Below the pieces are notes generated by a model that worked only from the letters and a program-made list of their open reading frames with translations, was not told the origin of the DNA and ran no database searches. A DNA stretch of 40,054 nt, taken from positions 1 to 40,054 of the IMG/VR virus record IMGVR_UViG_3300048575_000517, one strand, 5' to 3'. This DNA comes from a virus. Lineage: Duplodnaviria > Caudoviricetes. Shown here piece after piece: positions 1-7,744 of this stretch. The position numbers were made by a program, and so were the translations under genes. How positions within the stretch are numbered: the first letter of the stretch is position 1; every line of letters begins with the position of its first letter.

Positions 1-489
1 TCAGTGTTGGTCGTCATGATGGGCTCTCGGATCCTGAAGGGCGTCGACCGCGGCCACAGCACGGTGCCGTCGCAGAAGATGCCGTGCATTGAGAGGTTCC
101 GTCTGCGTCTCGGCGACGAGCATCGGTCGCGCACAGTACGGGCAGCAGGCCGTCCTACCGTCATCGTCCCACTGGTGGATGCGATCGCGCGGGAAGATGG
201 CGAGGCAGTGAAGGCAGGCACAGACGTCGGCGCGTCCGACGGCGTCGCGGTTGTGGCGCGTGAATGCATCCGGAGGAACGTCCGGTGCGGACGACGTATC
301 GGTGTCCGGATGCAGGCCGCGATGGTGCCTACGTCCAAGCCCGGCTTCGATGCTCTTCAGCAGCGCCAGCAGTTCGCTGTGTTCCCGCTGCTCGCGGGAA
401 GGAACCGTGGGCTGGGCATTCGCGTAGAGCGCCAACCCGACCATGAAGACGCCGATCAGGATCATTGCGAACAGTGATGGCTCATTCAT
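1..489 (-). CDS. Membrane-anchored protein with C-terminal Cys-rich (putative Zn-binding) domain
   Basis: N-terminal hydrophobic helix LFAMILIGVFMVGLALYA; CACLHC...CCPYC motif; start overlaps the upstream stop. Confidence 0.65.
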   Translation of the reverse strand: MNEPSLFAMILIGVFMVGLALYANAQPTVPSREQREHSELLALLKSIEAGLGRRHHRGLHPDTDTSSAPDVPPDAFTRHNRDAVGRADVCACLHCLAIFPRDRIHQWDDDGRTACCPYCARPMLVAETQTEPLNARHLLRRHRAVAAVDALQDPRAHHDDQH

Positions 490-1468
490 GCCGGAATCCC
501 CCTGAGCAGGTGGTCGGTGATTGTAACAAGGTCAGTACGTCCTGCCGCGCACGCGGTTCCCAACCAGCATAATGTAAGACACCCCGACCATACACGGCGT
601 CGTACTCAAGCCACCGGTCAGCCATCGCGATGATCGACGCTTCGAGGCTTTGCGTTTGGCACAGTCCCCGCCCTTCCGGAGTGCCAGTGGCGCCGCTCAG
701 GATGTGCATGAGGGCGATCCGGTGGGGTTTCGGCAGATCGATCGGGTAGCGAGACAGCGCAGCGGTGAGCCATTCGACGACGGTCATCCGGTGGCCGACG
801 AGTTGCCCGTACTCGGTTTCGACGAAGCGGTCCCGAGCGGGGTCGAGCCGGTAGCGCTCGGCCTTTCCGGCATCGCGCAGCAGGCTGCCGAGGATGAGCA
901 GCGCAGGAAAGACCTGTCGGTGCCCGGCGGCGATGCGCAGGGCGGCTTCGGCCAGTTCGACGCTACGCCGCAGGTTGCCGTTCATCTGCGCGTAGGGTCC
1001 GCTCAACGCCGCCGGTCCGGCGGCGAACCACAGCAGGCGCTGAGGATCGTGAAAGATGGCGTTGAGGAGTCGTTTGAACCGGCGCGGCAGGCGATTGACG
1101 AGGGCCCGCGCACGGTCGACGAGCGTTATGTCGGGGATCAGCGGCGGCGGAACGGTATCGAAGAGATTGACGCGCTCGTCGGGCGCATCGACCGGCACCA
1201 GACGGGCGATGTGCAGCGCCCCGTCTTCGCAGACGGGCGCGCGATCCCAGCGGATGGCGACCAGCGCGAGTTTCTGAATGCGCGGGTCGATGCTGCTGCA
1301 GGTCCAGGCGACGCGCGGACTCAGATGACGGTGATAGAGGGTGGCGGTGCAGCAGATCAGGGTGTCGCTGATCGCGACACGCTTGATGTCGAGCACCCGA
1401 TACGCCGAGGGCATCGATTCGGGCCGGACGGTCTTGCCATCGATGAAGAAGGACAGGGTTTCAGGCAT
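482..1468 (-). CDS. HD-domain (YhaM-like) protein with degenerate metal ligands
   Basis: GNLRRS...LLRDAGK...VGH...SLEASIIAMAD follows the HD pattern GLLEHS...LLHDIGK...EA..ADD; overlaps the int stop. Confidence 0.7.
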   Translation of the reverse strand: MPETLSFFIDGKTVRPESMPSAYRVLDIKRVAISDTLICCTATLYHRHLSPRVAWTCSSIDPRIQKLALVAIRWDRAPVCEDGALHIARLVPVDAPDERVNLFDTVPPPLIPDITLVDRARALVNRLPRRFKRLLNAIFHDPQRLLWFAAGPAALSGPYAQMNGNLRRSVELAEAALRIAAGHRQVFPALLILGSLLRDAGKAERYRLDPARDRFVETEYGQLVGHRMTVVEWLTAALSRYPIDLPKPHRIALMHILSGATGTPEGRGLCQTQSLEASIIAMADRWLEYDAVYGRGVLHYAGWEPRARQDVLTLLQSPTTCSGGFRHE

Positions 1469-2717
1469 GTTCCTTCTCCTTCGCGGCCAGTTGAATCTGC
1501 CGTTCGGCGTTGCCGAGAACGCCGGTCAGCAGGCGCTCGAAGGCGGAGCCGTCGCGCCGGGTAAGGTTGGGAACATAGCGGCTGTAGACGCGGAAGAGCA
1601 TTTCCGTGGTGGTGTGGCCGAGTTGGCGTGCGATCCACTCGGGCGCTTCGCCGCTCGCCAGCCACAGGGTCGCGGCGGTATGCCGGCACTGGTAGGGGCG
1701 CCTGACCTTGAGGCCGAGATGGCGCAACAGCGGCTTCCAGACGCGGTTGGTGACGTTCTTGTAGTCGAGCGGCTTTCCGTCGCGGTTGCAGAAGACGAAC
1801 TTGGAGAGCGAACGGGTGCCCTTCTCCTGTTCCTTGAGCGCGTCGTAGACGAGCTGGCTCATCTGGATGTCGCGCTGGCTGCCGTCGGTCTTGGTGTACT
1901 CCTCTTCGCCGTCAACTATGGTTTCCCGCACAAGGATCAGCCGGCGTTCGAAGTCGACGTATTTCCATTGCAGGCCGTTCACTTCGCCCGTGCGCATGCC
2001 CGTGAAGAAACGGACGATCAGGTAGTTCCTGAAATCCGCACGAACGGTATCAATCAGCCGCTTCACCTCGTCGAGCGAGAACGGTTCGACGTCGACACGC
2101 TTGACCTTGAGCTGTTTGATATTCTGGAAAGGCATGCGAAAATCAAAGCGGTCGGCGGCTTCCCCGAGTATCTGCCTCAACGGATTCAAGATCTTGTTGA
2201 TGCGCGGGTTGGACAACATGCTGCTCTTGCCCCGTGCCTGAACTTTGGCGAGATCTGCACGGAACGAGAGGATGTCTGCCTTGGTGATCCTGCCGACCTC
2301 CTGATCACCAAAACGCGGAACCAGCAACTTGTCGACATCGTCGCGGACGGTCTTCTTGTGCGACGCCCTCCATTCCACCGACTTCTCGGCGAACCACGTT
2401 TCAGCAAAGTCCTTGAACAGCGGGGTCGCTTTGATATCGCCCTGCTCCGTGCTCACACCTGCTTGAGCAAATGGCGTAGCCTGAGCATCGAGCGTCGGCT
2501 GGTCGAACTTGACCGCATTCTTGCTGTTGGGGAAGAAGTCTCGGTAGTTGAACGTGCCGACACTGATCGCTTCTTCTATCCGGGTCAGAACTTTGGCGAG
2601 ACGCTTCCTATTCGCCGGTGAGTCCAACAGTGCGGTCTGCTCTCTGCAGCGTTCTCCCTGGAATCGGAAGTCGATGAACAAGAGTCCCGTATCACTGCGG
2701 CGACGAATGCTACCCAT
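1461..2717 (-). CDS. int: Tyrosine recombinase/integrase with N-terminal arm-binding domain
   Basis: GMRTGE, TKT, YQCRHT, QLGH, VYSRY catalytic motifs; GGAGGAG SD before MGSIRRR. Confidence 0.95.
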   Translation of the reverse strand: MGSIRRRSDTGLLFIDFRFQGERCREQTALLDSPANRKRLAKVLTRIEEAISVGTFNYRDFFPNSKNAVKFDQPTLDAQATPFAQAGVSTEQGDIKATPLFKDFAETWFAEKSVEWRASHKKTVRDDVDKLLVPRFGDQEVGRITKADILSFRADLAKVQARGKSSMLSNPRINKILNPLRQILGEAADRFDFRMPFQNIKQLKVKRVDVEPFSLDEVKRLIDTVRADFRNYLIVRFFTGMRTGEVNGLQWKYVDFERRLILVRETIVDGEEEYTKTDGSQRDIQMSQLVYDALKEQEKGTRSLSKFVFCNRDGKPLDYKNVTNRVWKPLLRHLGLKVRRPYQCRHTAATLWLASGEAPEWIARQLGHTTTEMLFRVYSRYVPNLTRRDGSAFERLLTGVLGNAERQIQLAAKEKEHA

Positions 2718-2943
2718 TGCAGACTCCTCCATTGGCCATCGGAATAGAAAAGCTCTGCGTCGCTACGTTACCCATGTCCGCTTCGATTTTCTCCCAGATG
2801 TAGAGGATCTTCCTGCCGCCAAACGGGCGGATGTAATGAATCCCTTCCAGTAGGACACTGTCCTTCATCCTCTCCCGAATGGTTCGAGAATCGTATTTGA
2901 TCCGAGACGACAGTTCGTCGGTCGTAAGATAAGTTGCAGCCAT
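2710..2943 (-). CDS. Excisionase-like winged-HTH protein
   Basis: 77 aa, YLTTDELSSRIKYDSRTI helix pattern, directly upstream of and overlapping int; AGGAG SD. Confidence 0.8.
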   Translation of the reverse strand: MAATYLTTDELSSRIKYDSRTIRERMKDSVLLEGIHYIRPFGGRKILYIWEKIEADMGNVATQSFSIPMANGGVCNG

Positions 2944-3025
2944 GAACTTCTCCTTGAGTTAGTATCAACCAGGAAACAATTTAGCCACCCGCCATGCCAA
3001 AATGTCACCCTGAATGAAATTATAC

Positions 3026-3060
3026 ATGACAAATTACCTCTTTAAAGAGCTTTTTGTCAT
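3026..3060. promoter_or_regulatory. Palindromic operator candidate between divergent xis and XRE genes
   Basis: ATGACAAA..CTCTTTAAAGAG..TTTGTCAT nested inverted repeat in an AT-rich intergenic region. Confidence 0.5.
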
Positions 3061-3090
3061 CTTGAACGTCTTTTTTTCACCGAGGAAGTT

Positions 3091-3327
3091 ATGGTGCGTT
3101 GTTACTTGTCGCGAATGATGGGCGACAGAAAAATGAAGATCGTTGACGTAGCCAGATACACCGGGCTGCACAGGAATACGATTACGCTGCTCTACAACGA
3201 GACAGCTACGCGTATTGACCTTGAGACAGTTGACCGCCTGTGCGACCTATTTGGCTGCCGAGTCGGAGACCTATTTGAGTACGTCCCCCAAAACCGTACT
3301 GCCAATCAAGGGCACGAAGAGCAATAG
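3091..3327 (+). CDS. XRE/Cro-family HTH transcriptional regulator
   Basis: VARYTGLHRNTITLLY...LCDLFGCRVGDLFEY pattern; GAGG SD. Confidence 0.9.
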   Translation: MVRCYLSRMMGDRKMKIVDVARYTGLHRNTITLLYNETATRIDLETVDRLCDLFGCRVGDLFEYVPQNRTANQGHEEQ

Positions 3328-3364
3328 TCGTTTTTGTCGCCTGGTAATGAGTGCGTTCGGTTAC

Positions 3365-3403
3365 GGGCACGAAACAGGCACGATTTGGGCACAGAATGGG
3401 CAC
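3365..3403 (+). repeat. Four (G/A)GGCAC direct repeats at 11-bp period; probable integrase arm-type sites of the island
   Basis: Copies start at 3365, 3376, 3387 and 3398, with a further GGGCACGAA at 3310. Confidence 0.65.
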
Positions 3404-3449
3404 AACCGATTAGGTGCCATCGCTGAGGCCAAACGACAGCACCAAACAA

Positions 3450-3482
3450 AAAACCCGCAGAGCCTTGCGCTGTGCGGGTTTT
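3450..3482. terminator. Hairpin, probable bidirectional intrinsic terminator downstream of the tRNA 3' end
   Basis: AAAACCCGCA...TGCGGGTTTT with A/T tracts on both sides. Confidence 0.7.
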
Positions 3483-3497
3483 CGTCTGTTTCGGTCG

Positions 3498-3547
3498 TGG
3501 TGGGCGGTACTGGGATCGAACCAGTGACCCCTGCCGTGTGAAGGCAG
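3498..3547 (-). tRNA. 3' half of tRNA-Val(CAC) only; att core duplication, not an intact tRNA
   Basis: Minus strand: CTGCC-TTCACAC-GGCAG anticodon arm, GGTTCGATCC T-loop, ACCGCCC-A-CCA end; no D-arm or 5' acceptor strand upstream. Confidence 0.9.
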
Positions 3548-3626
3548 TTGAACGGTCCTGACGGCCAGATCAACCCTAGTAAACGCGTTGCCTGAACACC
3601 ATAAAAGACCAGTGCACGGAGCAATT

Positions 3627-3646
3627 TTACACCGGATTTACACCGG
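3627..3646 (+). repeat. TTACACCGG x2; probable prophage integrase arm-type sites (left end)
   Basis: Copies at 3627 and 3638; the same motif pair occurs at 40002 and 40014. Confidence 0.7.
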
Positions 3647-3697
3647 GCTTTCAGCCCATTTATCGATCTGAAAGTTAGAGCTTCCAACAAAAATTCC

Positions 3698-3725
3698 TTG
3701 CTATTTTGTTTTGTGTGTATATAAT
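3698..3725 (+). promoter_or_regulatory. Sigma70 promoter of the two-gene moron
   Basis: TTGCTA-16 bp-TATAAT in an AT-rich patch. Confidence 0.7.
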
Positions 3726-3786
3726 TAAGTCATGGAAGGCAATGACGCCGACCACCGCGCCTCGGGAATCAGGGGTAGGAGTTGAA

Positions 3787-4041
3787 ATGAACAACGTCGA
3801 GAAACTGGTCAAGACCCTGGACATGGCTATCACCCGCCAAGCCGAAGTCTCTACCTCGGAAATGCGCATCCGCGGCATGTCCAACATCGACAGCATCGTC
3901 CCGGCCTTCGGCCCGTGCTGGATGGATTTCGCAACCGTTGAAATCAAGCGCATCGACGACAAAGACTGCCCGATCTACACCGTCACCCCCGAGCAGTTCG
4001 CCGGCTACCTCAACGCCAAGCGCGCTTTCGCAACCCGGTAG
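3787..4041 (+). CDS. Small hypothetical protein (84 aa), moron gene 1
   Basis: AGGAG SD, promoter upstream, high third-position GC. Confidence 0.75.
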   Translation: MNNVEKLVKTLDMAITRQAEVSTSEMRIRGMSNIDSIVPAFGPCWMDFATVEIKRIDDKDCPIYTVTPEQFAGYLNAKRAFATR

Positions 4042-4054
4042 AAGGATCGCGGCC

Positions 4055-4423
4055 ATGACTCACACGAACCGTGGCCGCCTTGTCGTCAACACCGACGGCA
4101 ACTGGCGGCTTTACACCAACACCCTGCCGGCCGGATCAACGCCGCTTGGCACGGTTACACGAGACGGCACGGATACCGGCGCGCTGGCGCGCATTGAGTC
4201 GACCGGATGCTATGTCAAAATCAACGCCGGGTCGATGCTCAATCTCGACGGTCGGAAGGTCGCCGCCGCGCTGGGGGCGGCTGGCAGACCCCCAGAAATG
4301 AAAGACGGAAAGCGAGTCAACGTTTACCTCGACTCCGACGCGCGCAAGATCGCCGAACGGCTCGGCAACGGCAACGTCAGCGAAGGGATACGCGCAGCCC
4401 TCAAGCGCGCCGATTCGGCGTAG
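4055..4423 (+). CDS. Protein with C-terminal ribbon-helix-helix-like DNA-binding domain, moron gene 2
   Basis: GRPP...KRVNVYLD...AERLGNGNVSEGIRAAL strand-helix-helix pattern; AAGGA SD. Confidence 0.75.
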   Translation: MTHTNRGRLVVNTDGNWRLYTNTLPAGSTPLGTVTRDGTDTGALARIESTGCYVKINAGSMLNLDGRKVAAALGAAGRPPEMKDGKRVNVYLDSDARKIAERLGNGNVSEGIRAALKRADSA

Positions 4424-4426
4424 CGG

Positions 4427-4747
4427 CTAGCCCCCTGCTCGTCGCGCGATCAGCGCCGCCTCGATGGCCAGGATCTGCCCTACCCCGGCCGCCAGCGCGG
4501 CTTGCTGATTCGCCGCCGCATCGGCGCTCGGGTGCGCGCAGACGGCGTCGATGATCGCTTCGGCGCTTTTGATCGCCAGGATTTCGTCGGGCGTGGCCAG
4601 CGGCAGCAGGCCGGTGACGATCGGCCGGATCATCGCGTCGCGCGCGCACCAGGTCTGCACGGCCGCGCGTTGGTCAGCGGGATCGCCGGTGGAACTGACG
4701 CACGCAGAGAGGATGCAGGCGATCATGACGAGCAGGATGATTTTCAT
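4427..4747 (-). CDS. Lipoprotein, possible spanin
   Basis: MKIILLVMIACILSA-C lipobox; last gene of the late operon, downstream of the holin. Confidence 0.7.
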   Translation of the reverse strand: MKIILLVMIACILSACVSSTGDPADQRAAVQTWCARDAMIRPIVTGLLPLATPDEILAIKSAEAIIDAVCAHPSADAAANQQAALAAGVGQILAIEAALIARRAGG

Positions 4748-4980
4748 GCAGCGGACTCCGTGGTGATGTCGGCCGCGCGGTAGAGCCGGCCGAATGTCCC
4801 GCAAATCCCGTGCGGGTGGCGGTTTACTTCAACGCGGCGCACCATCGCCGGCCAGTCTTCGCGGTCGACGATGGGCGGATGCCATGTGCACAGCGCAGGC
4901 CGGCTGGCGGCCTCGTGATAGCGGCACCCGGCGCACTCGCGGACCGTACGCCAGGCGACGGCAGGCAGCGGCGCACCCAT
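4744..4980 (-). CDS. Small four-Cys protein
   Basis: CAGC...CTWHPP...ICG; ATGA overlap with the next gene. Confidence 0.6.
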   Translation of the reverse strand: MGAPLPAVAWRTVRECAGCRYHEAASRPALCTWHPPIVDREDWPAMVRRVEVNRHPHGICGTFGRLYRAADITTESAA

Positions 4981-4981
4981 G

Positions 4982-5101
4982 TCAGCGCCGGTCGCTGTCA
5001 CCACGCGCGCGCTGCGTGCGGTGACGATGCACGCGCGCCTCGCCGACGACTGCGGCGATAAGGCCCGCGACGAACAGGACGAGGTCGAGAGCGTCAGTCA
5101 T
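4982..5101 (-). CDS. 39-aa single-TM peptide (MTDALDLVLFVAGLIAAVVGEARVHRHRTQRARGDSDRR); below the ORF-track cutoff
   Basis: Manual translation; overlaps the holin stop and ends 1 nt before the next ATG; hydrophobic N-terminus, basic tail. Confidence 0.55.
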   Translation of the reverse strand: MTDALDLVLFVAGLIAAVVGEARVHRHRTQRARGDSDRR

Positions 5102-5438
5102 GGCCGGCCTCGCTCGATGTGGGCGGCGCGCTCGGCGCTCCCGCTCCGGTTACCCGCGCGAATATCCGCTCGAGTCCGCTGACGCCCAGGCTGGCGAGCG
5201 CCGCGGCGACGCCGATCTGGCCGAGCAAAGAGAGGCCCGGCACCCACACCAGCACCGCGCCGGCGGCCATCGCAATTCCGCCGGTGCTGATGGCGCGGCC
5301 GATGACCAGGCGCGCGGAGAGCGGCTCGCCGCTGGCCATGAGCTTGCCGACACCGATCGACACGCCGACGGCGGCGAAGAGCGCTGCGGTGATCAGCGAT
5401 TCGCCCAGGCTTTCCCATAGTTGCAACCATCGGCCCAT
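5094..5438 (-). CDS. Phage holin (P2 gpY-like, 3 TM)
   Basis: Three hydrophobic segments, IGVGKLMASGEPLSARLVIGRA and AALASLG motifs; AAGGAG SD. Confidence 0.8.
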   Translation of the reverse strand: MGRWLQLWESLGESLITAALFAAVGVSIGVGKLMASGEPLSARLVIGRAISTGGIAMAAGAVLVWVPGLSLLGQIGVAAALASLGVSGLERIFARVTGAGAPSAPPTSSEAGHD

Positions 5439-5449
5439 GGACTCTCCTT

Positions 5450-7744
5450 TCAGAACCGCGACAATTCGGTGGTCTGCTCGGTGACGTAGGCGCCGCCGAG
5501 CGTGTCGAGCCAGTCGGTGAGCGCGCCGTTGCGATAGTTGACGCGCCATTGGTTGCTGAACAGCGTGTTCACAAATTCGTTGTATCGCGTGGCGAAGGTC
5601 ACCGGGTAGCGCTCGGTCGATTTGATGCCGTAGTCCTGGCTGAAGACGTAGGCGTAGAGCATCTCGAGCAGGTTGCACGGGATGAAATGGACAACCGGCA
5701 AGCCGAGCGTGTCGGTGCCGATAGCGTCGTACGTATCGAGCGTGAGGACGAAGTTGAAGAGATAGGTCGGCGTCGCCCCCGCCGAGACCTCGGCCGAGGT
5801 GGTGTAGGCGGCCCCCATGAAATCGCCCTGCGACCGATAAAGCGGGGTGAACAGCACACGCACGCGCGGATTGGGCACGTACGTGACGCCGGTGGTCAGC
5901 GTGATTTCGGGGAGTAGATCGGCGTAGTCGAGCGTTGCGATGAACAGCGACTGCGTCGCATCGCCCTGCGGCGTTGAAATCTTGAGGTCGACGGCCAACG
6001 TCGCGCTCCCCGTGGCCCCGTAGACCTGACTCCCCGAGAATGCCGCCTCGACGCTGATGTAGCAGGCGTTAGCCTCGTCGAATAAAACATAGTCGCTCGT
6101 CGTCCACGATAGCGCCCGAGTATCGACGGTCTGCCGGGACTGCGTTGTCGCGGTGTAGCGGACCTGGTTTACATAGATCTGGTTATCATCGAGCGTGCTG
6201 AACGCTTCCGACCCGACAAACATTTGCGCGGTTGCGTGCATGCTGGCAACGGCCGCCTGCCATCCCGCGCTGTATTTTGTGTAAGGGGAGACGTAGGCAT
6301 ACAAGTCGAAAAACCCCGTCATGTTGTAGCCCATATTGACGCCCCAGCCTCCCGACGGATTAGCCAGATAGCTCGCCGCCCAGTCGTTTTTCGTCAGCGC
6401 GCGCCGATTCCCGGCGCTTCTCTCGCGGCTGAACGATCCGCCGACGAGTGTCCGCGATCCGATTTTTGAGGAGAATTCTCCGGTCGAGCTGTCGGACGTC
6501 CACACGGCGGAGCCATAGGTTTTTGCCGGGACTCCGTACTCGGTCGCGCCGAACGTCCCGCCGCGCGCGTTTGTCGGAAAATACGACCCATCTGAATAAG
6601 CGAGAACTGCTTTCTGACCTGTGTTTGCGCGGGTGTGCCATTGCGCCCGGTGGCCTACCGTGCCGGTGTTCGTCGACTTTATCCGGGTGTTCCTGGCGAG
6701 CACCGTTACTGATTGATCGCCGACGCTGATGCTCTCAGATACCGTCTTTGTATAGGTTGTCCGCGAGTACGCGTTGCTTTCGTAGCCGACCGGCGCCTCG
6801 TCGTACGTGCCATCCCAAGGAAATCCGACGCGCCCACCGGTCTGATCCGGCGCTGTCCCAAACAGGTATGAAAACCCGTTACACGTGCCGTGCAGCATCA
6901 TTTGGCATTCTGGCAGCGGCAGTTCCGTCTCTTCTGTTCCCGTCGACGTGCCCGCGGGGACCGGGACGCAATCTGTCCTGTCCGGCGTCAACGCCGAACC
7001 AACGCTTGACAGATAGGGGGCCGTCAGCAGCATCGCGATAGATGCCGATGAGTACAGCCACGCGCCCGTCAGCGCATCCCACGTAGACCCCGTATAGGCA
7101 AGCTGCGCCAGCCACGCCACATGATTGGCAGCATCGATGCGCGCGCCGCAGACGAGCGCCTTGTTCGGCCGGTACGCCGCGCCACCGAGCGCCGCGTCGA
7201 CGCCGCCGTTGGCCCAAGCATGCACGACGGCGCGACCGACGGCGAAGACGCGCTTGACGGTCGCGTTGGTGACGCTGTCGCCGTACTTTCCGAGGTCGCC
7301 GACCGGCGTGCCGTGCGGGATCAGCCACGGCAGCGCGCCGGCCGGAGCGCCGGCGGTGACGCCGAGCATGGGCAGCGCCAGGCCGTTGATCAGGATCGCG
7401 CCGTCCTTGAAGCTCAGCACGTCGTTGAGTTTGGTCGTGTCGGCAGCCGGGACGTTATACGGCGTGGCGAACGGCAGCACGCTGTACGTGTATCCGAAGA
7501 CCTCGGTGCCGGGGTCGCGCACCGCCAGCGTATCGTGCGCGAAGCACGCCGAGCGCAGCGCGCCGACGACGTGCGCGTACCAGCCGCGCAGGATCTCGGT
7601 GATGCGCCTGATCTTGGGCTTGCCGACCCCTGTGCGCGCCGGGATCTCGGGCAGCTGCTCGACGGGCGGCAGCACCTTGTCCTCGCGCGTCGTCATGCCG
7701 ACGCCGTAGCGCAGCGCGCGACGGGCGAGCGCCAGGTCGATCAT
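5450..7744 (-). CDS. Large tail-tip / putative receptor-binding protein (764 aa)
   Basis: Last tail gene; Thr/Ser/Gly/Tyr-rich beta-type composition; no family recognised. Confidence 0.6.
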   Translation of the reverse strand: MIDLALARRALRYGVGMTTREDKVLPPVEQLPEIPARTGVGKPKIRRITEILRGWYAHVVGALRSACFAHDTLAVRDPGTEVFGYTYSVLPFATPYNVPAADTTKLNDVLSFKDGAILINGLALPMLGVTAGAPAGALPWLIPHGTPVGDLGKYGDSVTNATVKRVFAVGRAVVHAWANGGVDAALGGAAYRPNKALVCGARIDAANHVAWLAQLAYTGSTWDALTGAWLYSSASIAMLLTAPYLSSVGSALTPDRTDCVPVPAGTSTGTEETELPLPECQMMLHGTCNGFSYLFGTAPDQTGGRVGFPWDGTYDEAPVGYESNAYSRTTYTKTVSESISVGDQSVTVLARNTRIKSTNTGTVGHRAQWHTRANTGQKAVLAYSDGSYFPTNARGGTFGATEYGVPAKTYGSAVWTSDSSTGEFSSKIGSRTLVGGSFSRERSAGNRRALTKNDWAASYLANPSGGWGVNMGYNMTGFFDLYAYVSPYTKYSAGWQAAVASMHATAQMFVGSEAFSTLDDNQIYVNQVRYTATTQSRQTVDTRALSWTTSDYVLFDEANACYISVEAAFSGSQVYGATGSATLAVDLKISTPQGDATQSLFIATLDYADLLPEITLTTGVTYVPNPRVRVLFTPLYRSQGDFMGAAYTTSAEVSAGATPTYLFNFVLTLDTYDAIGTDTLGLPVVHFIPCNLLEMLYAYVFSQDYGIKSTERYPVTFATRYNEFVNTLFSNQWRVNYRNGALTDWLDTLGGAYVTEQTTELSRF

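Larger units (their letters stand above)
1..3547. mobile_element. Integrase-proximal end of an integrative genomic island inserted at tRNA-Val(CAC); continues left of the window
   Basis: int-xis-XRE module next to arm-type repeats, a hairpin and a tRNA 3' fragment. Confidence 0.8.

Noticed and set aside
1341-2621. 426-aa plus-strand ORF
   Set aside because: Antisense shadow of the integrase; no motifs or SD
3498-3575. Intact tRNA-Val gene
   Set aside because: Sequence beyond 3547 cannot form a D-arm or supply the GGGCGGT 5' acceptor strand; only the 3' half is present
5450-7744. DGR or invertible tail-fibre switching
   Set aside because: No reverse transcriptase, invertase, template repeat or flanking inverted repeats seen
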